This document shows positions 1-13,750 of a stretch of 64,000 nucleotides of DNA, one piece after another. Origin of the DNA: Eledone cirrhosa (taxonomy: Eukaryota); contig OZ024741.1 in NCBI GenBank assembly GCA_964016885.1, positions 298,840,001 to 298,904,000 on the forward strand, written 5' to 3'. The position numbers and the translations under genes are program-made. Positions within the stretch are counted from its first letter, which is position 1. Every line of letters starts with the position of its first letter. The notes under the pieces are model-generated. The model searched no databases. It was not told the origin of the DNA and saw only the letters and a list, made by a program, of their open reading frames with translations.

Positions 1-39
<39 letters not shown>

Positions 40-604
40 CACACACTTGCACACACATACACACTCAGACATACATATACAAGCTCAGTATTTCTGATCA
101 CGAGAATGTGTACTTAATACCACAGTAGAGATATATATTGTCTTGACTAAGGCCAAGGTTGAGTCATGTTACACTGAAGTTCCCTTTGTGTATTCACATG
201 GTCAAAACATAATCCTTTTAGTATACAGGAGAAACTCCAAAGTAACAAATTTGGCCATAATAATATATATATATATATAATTATAAATATCCGGTTGAGA
301 TAAGAAACATTGAAAAATTTGAGATTTGCAATATAGCCGCCTTAATGTAAAGGATTATAACACTAGTAGTTCACTATAAATAATTGCTGAGAAAATCGGA
401 TAAAGTACACTTCGAGAGGGAAAAATGTCGATAGAAGTGCTTTGTTTTTCTCGTTTCCCTCTCCAGAAATATTGTACTCAATTTTCTTAACTTTAAGTGA
501 TCGACTATTGTTATAGTCCTTTTCATAGGGTCGACTACATTTCATATATGTATATATATATATATATATATGATGTACATACATATATATATATGCACAC
601 ACAG

Positions 605-677
<73 letters not shown>

Positions 678-1402
678 AAACCTATGGTAACACCCAGCAT
701 GATTAAAGTTTTGTCTGATATACAGTCAATAAACAGATAGTGGAGTATTAAAAAAAAACGAAGTGCACTACACGAACAACATCAATAGCAACAACAACGT
801 CGACGACAACAACATTAAATCCCATGACAATAATAACTGAGATAATACGAAGTAAAAATAAAGAAAAAATATTAGACGAAAGATAGTTGAAAAATAAAAA
901 AAAGAGAATGTAATATTTTAACTGAAACTTTGAATATAATGAACTAATTTTAAAGAAAAATAAACACATTTAGAAAAGCAGAAAAATAACCAGTTAATGA
1001 ATTCCCCGGAAGGAACGTACCATATATTTGATAAACAGATTTAGAATGTTGGTGGAGTTTGATGAACCCATCACCATTTTTATTTGTTCATTTATTTATG
1101 TATTGTTTATTTACTTTATTTGTTTTATTTGTTTAATATAGACTTATGTTGGTGGTTTTATTTTCACGTATATATAATTTAGATTTATATCCCGACAGGT
1201 ATTCTGCAGGCGTTTGTCTTCAAGTCTTATACAAGAAGTATTTTTATACATATATTTATTTTCAGGTATTGTCTTTCATGCATGCAAACATACACGCATC
1301 ATGCATTCACACGTATACGGCATGTATATATATAAGTGTATGTATTTATGTATTTATATAAACGTGTATATATATAAATATATATATATATATTTAAACG
1401 TG

Positions 1403-1460
<58 letters not shown>

Positions 1461-1577
1461 GAACGCAGCTACCGAATAAGACGGTCGTATTCTCACACAC
1501 TCAATAATTTAATTAAGTGAGTAGTACCATATATATACTAATATTTATACATACATACTTGTTATTTCTGTTTACCT

Positions 1578-1667
<90 letters not shown>

Positions 1668-1863
1668 CACATTTATATAAATACATATATATATATATAC
1701 ACATTTATATAAATACATATATATATACATGTATGTATGTGTGCATGCATGTATGTGCTTGGAAGACAACACATACACACGTATATATATATATATATAT
1801 ATATACGTGTGTGTGTGTTGTATTCCACATGTATGTGCTTGGAAGACAACACACACACACGCG

Positions 1864-1896
<33 letters not shown>

Positions 1897-2165
1897 TTAT
1901 ATAAATGTGTATATATATATATATATAAATACATATATATAATATATACATTATATCAATACATATATATATATATATATATACATGTTATGAGCGTATC
2001 AGTGTATGTATGTGTGCATGCATGTATGTGCTTGGAAGACAACACATATATATATATTCATATATGAGTATAAGTTGATGTGCCTTCATTCAAAGTTCCT
2101 CATTTCTAATTGATGGTTTCTTAGTGAAATACTCTGGTCCAGTTTTCTTTATATATTCCACGTGC

Positions 2166-2200
<35 letters not shown>

Positions 2201-2334
2201 TTCTTCTCTGTCTGTCCTGTCGGTTGTAAAGTTTATATATTTTATTTTCACAGAAAGATGTTTCTGAAATAGAAATACAATGTTAGAATTAAATAAGATA
2301 AAAGAGATTGAATTTTAGGAAAAAAAGTCGTTTG

Positions 2335-2391
<57 letters not shown>

Positions 2392-2689
2392 CTTGCATAC
2401 TTATACACTTACACATTTACATAACCCACAAACAGGATTACACAAAAACTAGTAGAAACCAATTTACTAGAAATCTTTTGATTGTTAATTTATTGTCGGT
2501 TAACGTCATGTTTGGTAGCACAAGAGGAACAGTATGTCTTTATTTATATAAAGACATTCCTCTCATCATCACCGTTTCTCTTTTTCACCCCTATAATATC
2601 TAAGATTACATCATCCAATACATCAAATTTTCTTTTTTAAGGCAGTAAGATGTGAAACAATTCGTGGTGTCTATACACAGCCTATGTCC

Positions 2690-3180
2690 CGTAACACATG
2701 AAACCGTAGCAGCAAAGACATTCCTGAAATGTGTAAGAAATCTTTACTTTAATTTAGCAAATTTCCACAACAATCTGTCCACTCTTTGCATGGGGTTGGA
2801 ATGTCTCAGGAGAGAACCGCTTGAAAGATTTTATTGGAAAACCCAACTGGCAGGAGGCCCAGTAGATCTCGAGCATAATGGTTGGATAACATTCATTATC
2901 TTGGCTGGTTTCGCTTGGTCATCCAGCCGGATCTGTTGGAAACGCTTGCGTATGATAGTACCCGCTGGAAGGAGTGTTTGAAGGCTCTGCCCCAATGACC
3001 CTCCCAGGAATATGTGGGCGAAGAAGAAGGAGAAAAAAAAAGAAGAAGAAGAAGAAGAAGAAGAAGAAGAAGAAGAAGAAGAAGAAGAAGAAGAAGAAGA
3101 AGAAGAAGAAAGAAGAAGCAGAAGAAGAAGAAGAAGAAGAAGAAGAAGAAGAAGAAGAAGAAGAAGAAGAAGAAGAAGAA
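2690..3180 (+). mobile_element. Degenerate 3' fragment of an RTE-clade (Expander/Rex3-like) LINE ending in a (GAA)n tail
   Basis: Manual translation near 2850-3010 gives GRRPSRSRA*WLDNIHYLGWFRLVIQPDLLETLAYDSTRWKECLKALPQ*PSQE, resembling the RTE C-terminus (GRPR.RW.D.I..L.W..LGI...L...A.DR..W). It runs directly into (GAA)n at ~3020-3180. Confidence 0.6.
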
Positions 3181-4099
3181 TCTGTCCACTATCAAATATA
3201 CTATAAATATTTGATTTAACAAGAATGTTAACAAGAGTAGAATAAACACACCGCACAATATTTCAATGGGGATCGACAAACTTGAAGTCATTTAATTGAA
3301 GAAGAAACTGTGATCCAAATTTCTACTTTCTGGTAAGGAAGTAGAATTATGTGAACATGGGTGTCTCTTTAACGGGTACATGAACATTTTATGTTGTTGC
3401 TGTTGTTTAACCCTGATCAAGCAGATATTTCAGTCGTGACCATGCTGCCGCTATCCAAACATGAGTAATATATGCATGATTACATTATCCAATGCAACAT
3501 TCCCTTTTATAAAAGACAGTGTGATTTGAGAGAAATTTAGCTTTTCTTTCTAGCCTGTTGTCCAACTACCTACAGGACCCTTTCTTGAATTCATAGGTGG
3601 TTATTGATACTGTGATAACATTGTTTAGTTCTTGGCTAAACTAGATCAAATGAAACTGTGATCAAAGACAATCCAGTGACCTTCTCATCTTTCTAGTTAA
3701 ATCTCCACAATTATGCCCCCCCCCCATCAACTTTAACAGGAAGGATACATTGAACATAGAAATACGTAATGGTAAAAACTAGAAGGCATTTTGATAATCA
3801 GCTTTTCTCTATCAGGGAAGACCTACGTTAAATCACAATGATTATTAGGAAAATAGGCATTGTTGTAATTCCTAATTGGATATACTTAAGAACATTAGTG
3901 ACATGAAAGAAAACACTGTAGGATAGAATCAAAATCGAAAGACTGACGTATCACTATTTAATTGCATATGATGCCACCTACTCGTTCTTCCAATACAAGA
4001 CGCTATACTTATAGAACCGTCTACTATTCTTTCAGATTTCACTATTAAAAGAAAATCAGTTACAACATTTTTTTTTTTTTTCATGGAGATAGAAATGTT

Positions 4100-4710
4100 C
4101 ATGAATTTGGCAGACCCACCCTCTTCCTTCATACGGACAAGCTCGTTTACATCAGACTGGTAAAGACAGATAACACATTTGGTAAGCTGTACACAGTGTC
4201 TGGAGCAACAAGTACCTGAGAAATGATACAAAGATCAGCGTGTGCAAGCCTGATGTATTGATCAACCACATGTACGGCTCTGGGTCATAGATAACCTACA
4301 ATGACACTTACGACTCCTTGAGCACTTTCATTAGATCCACCTTCGTACCGTCCTTAACATCAACCCGAGTCACAGAATAGTGGGCCACTCTTGTGCTGTA
4401 TGGCGACATCGTAATCAGTTTCCTTGACACAATGACACGTTGAAGAAATATCTTGATGTATGTCAAATTGGCCATTGCCACTCGTTTCCTAATGAAACGT
4501 AGCGATACACCATTCACCAGTTTGCCTCCTTCGCTGGGAATGCATGCATAATCTTGAAGAGAAAAGGAGATAGTAGAAGTATTGTGACTCTACATTGCAG
4601 TTGCAGCGGCGGCTCAACATGATTTTCCCATATTAACCTCGTGAGCTATCAGCGAGCCCGCGGCAGCTGAAATAAACAATCTCCGTCTAAAATCATGATT
4701 CGTGAAGTTA
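4100..4710 (+). mobile_element. Degenerate RTE-clade LINE 3' fragment
   Basis: Frameshifted translation: RLVKTDNTFGKLY..VWSNKYLRNDTKISV..MYGSGS*ITY..HLRLLEHFH*IHLRTVLNI..DTLKKYL..FSHINLVSYQRAR. This follows the typical RTE post-RT region (RLAKA..AFGRL..VW..TKI.VY..LLYGSE.W..HLR.LERFH..LR.ILNI). Confidence 0.75.
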
Positions 4711-4950
4711 ATTCATGCACAAATATGCATATATACACATATAAACATATAAACACACATGCATATACATACATATAGAATATTGGACTTATAATAATTG
4801 ATAGTAAACAGCAATAGTGAGCGATAGGCAAAATAAAATACCTATCATTAATTCAGTCATTTCATAAAGTTTGACGTATACAGGATATTTGATATTACTA
4901 CACACACATATATATATACATATATGTATATGTATATATATGTGTATGTC

Positions 4951-5023
<73 letters not shown>

Positions 5024-5028
<5 letters not shown>

Positions 5029-5227
5029 AACAAGTATGACCCCGACGGCAGAGTTCAAGCCGTTTCGACGGCTATTTCTGGACTCTACTTCAGTCCAGAA
5101 ATAACCGTCGAAACGGCTTGAGCTCTACCGTCGGGGTCATACTTGTTCCTATTACCCACTCTACTACCCTAAGTATTGAGTACTTTGGTGCGTTATGGTC
5201 CATCTGGTTCCTTACCACAATTCCTTC

Positions 5228-5232
<5 letters not shown>
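5024..5232. mobile_element. Short fold-back element (61-bp arms, 7-bp spacer, ~80-bp unpaired tail) inserted in (TA)n; probably Penelope pLTR-derived
   Basis: 5024-5084 is the reverse complement of 5092-5152 with about 3 mismatches. (TA)n lies on both sides, and a second copy occurs at 25593-25758. Confidence 0.7.
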
Positions 5233-5325
<93 letters not shown>

Positions 5326-6265
5326 TATATACAATATATACATATATATATATACATAAGCAGCCATCATAGATTGTTGCCCAGTTCACCAATCCTTAAT
5401 GAAAATAATACTAAATTCCTTCCGTTGATATCAAGTACCTCTATACTCTGTCTCCAAACAACTATTCATAATTGCCCTTAATTTTACCAAATTAACAAAC
5501 ATAAAAGACTCAGAAATATAACTTATCCTACAGCCACGAAAAAAGAAAACATATTCAGGTAGCATTAAACAAAAACCAAACCTGTTCAATGTTACTTTTG
5601 GCACCAGTATGCGCAAAAATACTCTATGGAAATAAGTGATACCATCAAATTGTATGTAACACTTAATTTGAGTTTAAAATTTACCAAATTGAAAGGGCTT
5701 TCTATGTAAGCAACATAACCAGCAAGAAACTGTCAGATTACAAAAAGGTTACACCCATTCTCCATAGATATTTGCAACATAGAAATTAATGTTACCATTG
5801 TAACTTAAAATTTGAACACTTTCATATACTACGCATACTGTAAACAATTTATACCAAACAAACACATATTCTAACTACGCAAAGATAATTATTAATAATT
5901 TTACATAATCTAGTAGTGGATTCTCAGAGAAATTATTTTGAGAACTAGAACTACCAACAGAAATATGGAAAAGAAACACTACAATTCTAAGGACTTTGAA
6001 ATACTATTTGGTAAATTATCTCTACTCAACTGAGATTCACAGCGCATATCACGTAGAAAATTCAAACTCTTTTGATATTCTAAATCTTATTTATACCTCA
6101 ACAGGTCAACTCAGAGAGAATATATTTCAACACATAGTTTGAAAAATAACAAAATATGAAGAACTATTTGCAGCATAATCACCATATATTTCTCACTGAA
6201 ACTAGAACACTCGTATTCTTTATAATTATATTAATACCTAGAAATATATTATAACACATCTATGT

Positions 6266-6342
<77 letters not shown>

Positions 6343-7092
6343 CGCGCGTGCGTGACTGTGTTTGTACATATATGTGTATATACATTTGACTCTACATGGT
6401 TACATATATGCTCATCTTTATGCATTTGTGTATACACATATGTATGGAAATTTAATAAAAGATTTAGTAGCATATTAGTTATTTAAATATATTTTTTGTG
6501 TGTTAACCAGCGTAAATGAATATGTATATATTTCTGTATAGGTAAGTGTGTAGATACAAACACATATGTATGTATGCATGTATGTATGTATGTATGTATG
6601 TATGTATGTATGTATTTATGTATGTATGCATTTCTGTACGCATTTATTTAGATTCCAACCATGGTAAACTTATTACCATTTACTGTCATTTATAACTCCA
6701 AACTACTATATTCATGCATATTCCCATATTCTTGTGTTTGTTTGTATGTATGTATGTATGTATGTATGTATGTATGTATGTATGTATGTATGTATGTATG
6801 TATGTATGTATGTATGTGCGTGTGTATATATACTTATATATGTTTGTGTGAATTTATAAATCTTTATACAAATATCATCTAAACGCATTTGAAAATTTTA
6901 ATATATAATAACTGATTATTTCCATAGAATTTATTATTGAATAATGTATTGAAACACAAACACACACACACGCACACATACTTAGACCCACATAGAGAAA
7001 CACTCACAAACACACACATACACTCACACACACACATATATATATACTCTATATAAATATACATATACATACATATATATGTAGATATATAT

Positions 7093-7162
<70 letters not shown>

Positions 7163-7637
7163 CCACCCACCAACACACTCACACACACACACATACACAC
7201 ACACACGCGCACACACATATATATATATATATGAACATACATATCAGGATACGGATTTCGTTTAAAAACATTTCCGTACATTTAGATGCATTAAATAACG
7301 AAGTTTTTTCTTTCATTTCCATAGAATATAGTACTGAATGATTTATTGAATCATTTCTCTAAACTTTATGTCTAGCTAATATTGGATACTTTACTGTTAG
7401 TACAATCAATGATTTCTTCCTATCCTTTCTCTTCGTCTCTTTCTTATCTGTTTTTCTCAACATTTCAAACAGAGTTAGAATATATGTGTTATTTCTCCTA
7501 CCCTGTTCCAAACATCACATTTATGTCAACAGATTTCCACAATTATTTGTATGCTTTCAAATTAGAATGAATTTTGTTAATACCAACCAACATAGATTTA
7601 GCTTCTTCTCTGTTCATTCCCAATTAGTCTCCCCCCA

Positions 7638-7956
<319 letters not shown>

Positions 7957-8200
7957 AGTATGCATGTATACGTACATACATATATGTATACAGACGTACA
8001 GTAGCATGCACATATATATATATATATATACATATATATATACATATGCATACAGGTACACATACATATATGCACGTATCAGTTTAGCGGCGCTTATTAT
8101 AACGTCGCTTTGTTCGTTTGTAAACAAACTGAACAGCCTGAATTTATGCCATACGGTGTTAAGGCAACCACGTCACCTTTTTGTTCAACACTGACACAGG

Positions 8201-8245
8201 AACGATGTACTAGTTTCAAGCTTGTTAGCTATCATCAGCACCGTT
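8201..8245 (-). ncRNA. Minimal type I hammerhead ribozyme, copy 1 of 7
   Basis: Minus strand: AACGGUG-CUGAUGA-U AGC UAACAA GCU U-GAAA-C UA G-UA-CAUCGUU. Stem I is 7 bp with one G-U, both core boxes are intact, stem III is the palindrome ACUAGU, and the cleavage triplet is GUA. Confidence 0.88.
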
Positions 8246-8674
8246 TACCCATCTGCCAGATAGTTGAACGTTCGAAAGTATATACTTTCCTTATGAAAAT
8301 TAACGGCTGAGCAGCCTAATTTGCATATTGAGTGAGTTAAATCGGTCAGGCATACCGAAAACGATAAATTGAAACAAAATGAAAACGAAATTTCATTTCT
8401 CACTCTTAGTATGGCACTTACTTAAATGTAAGTATGCATGTATACGTACATACATATATGTATACAGACGTACAGTAGCATGCACATATATATATATATA
8501 TATACATATATATATACATATGCATACAGGTACACATACATATATGCACGTATCAGTTTAGCGGCGCTTATTATAACGTCGCTTTGTTCGTTTGTAAACA
8601 AACTGAACAGCCTGAATTTATGCCATACGGTGTTAAGGCAACCACGTCACCTTTTTGTTCAACACTGACACAGG

Positions 8675-8719
8675 AACGATGTACTAGTTTCAAGCTTGTT
8701 AGCTATCATCAGCACCGTT
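8675..8719 (-). ncRNA. Minimal hammerhead ribozyme, copy 2
   Basis: Identical to 8201-8245. Confidence 0.88.
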
Positions 8720-9148
8720 TACCCATCTGCCAGATAGTTGAACGTTCGAAAGTATATACTTTCCTTATGAAAATTAACGGCTGAGCAGCCTAATTTGCAT
8801 ATTGAGTGAGTTAAATCGGTCAGGCATACCGAAAACGATAAATTGAAACAAAATGAAAACGAAATTTCATTTCTCACTCTTAGTATGGCACTTACTTAAA
8901 TGTAAGTATGCATGTATACGTACATACATATATGTATACAGACGTACAGTAGCATGCACATATATATATATATATATACATATATATATACATATGCATA
9001 CAGGTACACATACATATATGCACGTATCAGTTTAGCGGCGCTTATTATAACGTCGCTTTGTTCGTTTGTAAACAAACTGAACAGCCTGAATTTATGCCAT
9101 ACGGTGTTAAGGCAACCACGTCACCTTTTTGTTCAACACTGACACAGG

Positions 9149-9193
9149 AACGATGTACTAGTTTCAAGCTTGTTAGCTATCATCAGCACCGTT
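9149..9193 (-). ncRNA. Minimal hammerhead ribozyme, copy 3
   Basis: Identical to 8201-8245. Confidence 0.88.
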
Positions 9194-9622
9194 TACCCAT
9201 CTGCCAGATAGTTGAACGTTCGAAAGTATATACTTTCCTTATGAAAATTAACGGCTGAGCAGCCTAATTTGCATATTGAGTGAGTTAAATCGGTCAGGCA
9301 TACCGAAAACGATAAATTGAAACAAAATGAAAACGAAATTTCATTTCTCACTCTTAGTATGGCACTTACTTAAATGTAAGTATGCATGTATACGTACATA
9401 CATATATGTATACAGACGTACAGTAGCATGCACATATATATATATATATATACATATATATATACATATGCATACAGGTACACATACATATATGCACGTA
9501 TCAGTTTAGCGGCGCTTATTATAACGTCGCTTTGTTCGTTTGTAAACAAACTGAACAGCCTGAATTTATGCCATACGGTGTTAAGGCAACCACGTCACCT
9601 TTTTGTTCAACACTGACACAGG

Positions 9623-9667
9623 AACGATGTACTAGTTTCAAGCTTGTTAGCTATCATCAGCACCGTT
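9623..9667 (-). ncRNA. Minimal hammerhead ribozyme, copy 4
   Basis: Identical to 8201-8245. Confidence 0.88.
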
Positions 9668-10096
9668 TACCCATCTGCCAGATAGTTGAACGTTCGAAAG
9701 TATATACTTTCCTTATGAAAATTAACGGCTGAGCAGCCTAATTTGCATATTGAGTGAGTTAAATCGGTCAGGCATACCGAAAACGATAAATTGAAACAAA
9801 ATGAAAACGAAATTTCATTTCTCACTCTTAGTATGGCACTTACTTAAATGTAAGTATGCATGTATACGTACATACATATATGTATACAGACGTACAGTAG
9901 CATGCACATATATATATATATATATACATATATATATACATATGCATACAGGTACACATACATATATGCACGTATCAGTTTAGCGGCGCTTATTATAACG
10001 TCGCTTTGTTCGTTTGTAAACAAACTGAACAGCCTGAATTTATGCCATACGGTGTTAAGGCAACCACGTCACCTTTTTGTTCAACACTGACACAGG

Positions 10097-10141
10097 AACG
10101 ATGTACTAGTTTCAAGCTTGTTAGCTATCATCAGCACCGTT
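10097..10141 (-). ncRNA. Minimal hammerhead ribozyme, copy 5
   Basis: Identical to 8201-8245. Confidence 0.88.
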
Positions 10142-10572
10142 TACCCATCTGCCAGATAGTTGAACGTTCGAAAGTATATACTTTCCTTATGAAAATTAAC
10201 GGCTGAGCAGCCTAATTTGCATATTGAGTGAGTTAAATCGGTCAGGCATACCGAAAACGATAAATTGAAACAAAATGAAAACGAAATTTCATTTCTCACT
10301 CTTAGTATGGCACTTACTTAAATGTAAGTATGCATGTATACGTACATACATATATGTATACAGACGTACAGTAGCATGCACATATATATATATATATATA
10401 TACATATATATATACATATGCATACAGGTACACATACATATATGCACGTATCAGTTTAGCGGCGCTTATTATAACGTCGCTTTGTTCGTTTGTAAACAAA
10501 CTGAACAGCCTGAATTTATGCCATACGGTGTTAAGGCAACCACGTCACCTTTTTGTTCAACACTGACACAGG

Positions 10573-10617
10573 AACGATGTACTAGTTTCAAGCTTGTTAG
10601 CTATCATCAGCACCGTT
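10573..10617 (-). ncRNA. Minimal hammerhead ribozyme, copy 6
   Basis: Identical to 8201-8245. Confidence 0.88.
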
Positions 10618-11046
10618 TACCCATCTGCCAGATAGTTGAACGTTCGAAAGTATATACTTTCCTTATGAAAATTAACGGCTGAGCAGCCTAATTTGCATAT
10701 TGAGTGAGTTAAATCGGTCAGGCATACCGAAAACGATAAATTGAAACAAAATGAAAACGAAATTTCATTTCTCACTCTTAGTATGGCACTTACTTAAATG
10801 TAAGTATGCATGTATACGTACATACATATATGTATACAGACGTACAGTAGCATGCACATATATATATATATATATACATATATATATACATATGCATACA
10901 GGTACACATACATATATGCACGTATCAGTTTAGCGGCGCTTATTATAACGTCGCTTTGTTCGTTTGTAAACAAACTGAACAGCCTGAATTTATGCCATAC
11001 GGTGTTAAGGCAACCACGTCACCTTTTTGTTCAACACTGACACAGG

Positions 11047-11091
11047 AACGATGTACTAGTTTCAAGCTTGTTAGCTATCATCAGCACCGTT
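11047..11091 (-). ncRNA. Minimal hammerhead ribozyme, copy 7
   Basis: Identical to 8201-8245. Confidence 0.88.
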
Positions 11092-11319
11092 TACCCATCT
11101 GCCAGATAGTTGAACGTTCGAAAGTATATACTTTCCTTATGAAAATTAACGGCTGAGCAGCCTAATTTGCATATTGAGTGAGTTAAATCGGTCAGGCATA
11201 CCGAAAACGATAAATTGAAACAAAATGAAAACGAAATTTCATTTCTCACATTTCTTACATTTAAGTAAGTGCCATACTAAGAGTGAGAAATGAAATTTCG
11301 TTTTCATTTTGTTTCAATT

Positions 11320-11379
<60 letters not shown>

Positions 11380-12200
11380 TGTGTATATAAAGGACTAAAA
11401 AAAATACTATTGTACTTGAAACATTCAAACTGAATGTTTGATGAGTACGAATAAACAGAGTTTATTTTCTGAAGAGAAATTTGACAGTGACGAAAAAGTT
11501 GGACAAGTTTGTAAATTTAGATTGTTCCTGCATTTACTGTAGAAAGGTGCCGCAAGTCATATAGTTGAAAAAGTCCGATACATTAATCTTGGCGACCCAA
11601 TAATGCCTGCAGGAATCAAACCACGTATCTGCTATATGTATATATTACAAAGTAGTCTGAAATTTTAATAAATATCTCTAAGTAGCGCCTTTATATTTTA
11701 AGAGATATAGATTTTCACATTTAGCGCACATTCGTACTCTACACAATGTTATGATATTATAATGAATTTAAAGCAAAAAATAATGATTTATTAAATATTG
11801 AATCCATTCCGGGACTTTCGCTCCACCAGCATGAATATCTATAAGGTTCATACACGGAAAAAAAGCGCTACCTAAATTTCAAGGCCCAATATAGACCATA
11901 TTTCCAGAATTTAAAAGGGATGAAAATTGTGACGAGTTTTCTTGAGATGTGGTCAATATTGAGCCGTGGAACCTTAATTAGCGCTTTTGTTCCGTGAATG
12001 AACATAAATAAATAATGCATTTCTGCTCTCTTCCTTGATTGAACACTGTTTTCCATTTCACACCTACCGATATTTCTACATACATACATACATACACACA
12101 TACACACACACACGCTCGCGCGCACGCACACACACTCACACACACACACACACACACACGCGCGCGCGCGCCCGCACACACACACACATACACACACATG

Positions 12201-12233
<33 letters not shown>

Positions 12234-12253
12234 TATATATATATATATATCTA

Positions 12254-12307
<54 letters not shown>

Positions 12308-12439
12308 TACGTTTGTAAATAAACATTTGAGCTTTGAGTGACTTGAAATGTATAAAATCTTGAATGTAGCTTAGTCTATTTATTTTCTAAGTGGTGTTTA
12401 CAGTTATTTTCTGCGTCCCAGATTTTCTACATTTTCTAA

Positions 12440-12573
<134 letters not shown>

Positions 12574-13186
12574 GGGTGGGGGCTGGGAGATGGTGGAGTA
12601 TGTGTGTGTGTGTGTGGCTATGTACGGAGATTTAGCAGAGTCTTAACAGCGTCAGATTTGCAGTATCCGTTCCAGTTTGCTGAACTCTCAGTTCGGTAAG
12701 ATCACCTTGCAACCAAATGCTCTAGGATCTAAACCCACAAATATAGCTCGTGCTGAACAATAGCTTGTGAGTGCAATTTTATATTAAGCTGCTATTGTTA
12801 ATGTCGTGAACATTTATGCCACATCACGTAACCGTTTGACTAACAGATTATCAACAACAGCAGTACCAGCTTGTAAATTGATCAACAAAAAATCTAATAA
12901 CAGAAGCTACGAAAAGACCAGAGAAAACGATGCAACTCTATATCTGCTCACTTATATTGGAATTTTATAATAAGTAATATATGATTAGAAAATGATATTT
13001 CCAGATACACATATGAAATATTCAAGCCAGCATAGTTGCTCAGACTTGATCCAACAATGGATCAATACCACGCTAAATGGAAATATGAAATATTCAAAGC
13101 TATTTCATGTTTACTCATCAAAGATTCATCCTTTATCTTTTGCCATCTTTGCATATAAATCCGCCATGTTTGAACCTTTAAATGAT

Positions 13187-13285
<99 letters not shown>

Positions 13286-13352
13286 ATATGTGTGTGTGTG
13301 TATGTGTGTGTGTGTGTGTGTGTGTGCATGTATATATGTATATATATATATG

Positions 13353-13383
<31 letters not shown>

Positions 13384-13750
13384 ATATTTGGGGAGGGTCA
13401 TATTTCTGTCTTAATTACTGATTTTTAAATGTTGTGTTCGCTATACGGTCCCATATATTCGAAATATCCTGTTTCATATGTTTAATGTTTAATGGTTTTC
13501 TATTGTATAATCATTCGAATCTTGATTTCATTGTTTTTCAAGTTATATAATCAATTTTGCATGCTTTCAACTTCAACCCGTCTATCATCAACGTGATCAT
13601 AATATAAATCCTGTCTTTTACATTACATGAGAGACTTAGTGGTTAGGGTGTTTTGTTCACTATCGTAAGGTTATGAATCTTGTTCCTGACTGTGCGATGA
13701 GTACTTGTGAAATACATTTTATTTCACGTTGTTCCAGTTCACTCAACTAG

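Larger units (their letters stand above)
7952..11322 (-). mobile_element. Hammerhead-ribozyme tandem array (retrozyme-like / Penelope pLTR multimer): seven ~474-bp units plus an inverted terminal 69-bp piece
   Basis: Units start at 7952, 8426, 8900, 9374, 9848, 10322 (476 bp, one extra TA) and 10798 (truncated at 11249); repeated identical ORF translations confirm the 474-bp period. 11254-11322 is the reverse complement of 8364-8432. (TA)n flanks both sides. Confidence 0.9.

Noticed and set aside
363-2067. Many YI/HT/CV-repeat ORFs here and throughout the window
   Set aside because: They are translations of (TA)n, (CA)n, (GA)n, (TATC)n and (ATT)n microsatellites.
2831-3291. Poly-K/E/R/L/S/F ORFs
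   Set aside because: All are frames of the (GAA)n tail of an RTE fragment.
3929-4517. Minus-strand ORFs ending at an A-run, suggesting a processed pseudogene
   Set aside because: The plus strand explains the region as an RTE LINE remnant.
5060-5125. Hammerhead within the 5024 hairpin (GTCGAAAC motif)
   Set aside because: No correctly positioned CUGANGA box or cleavage triplet.
5370-6240. Possible very old LINE RT remnant
   Set aside because: Only vague motif echoes; I could not reconstruct a convincing frame without a profile search.
7964-11156. Repeated 60-76 aa ORFs in the 474-bp array, or the array as a CRISPR locus
   Set aside because: The ORFs are short, partly TA-derived and lack domains. 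The units are identical with no unique spacers, there are no cas genes, and the context is eukaryotic.
11468-11500. CTGAAGA...CGAAA hammerhead-like spacing
   Set aside because: No supporting stems I-III and no correctly placed NUH triplet.
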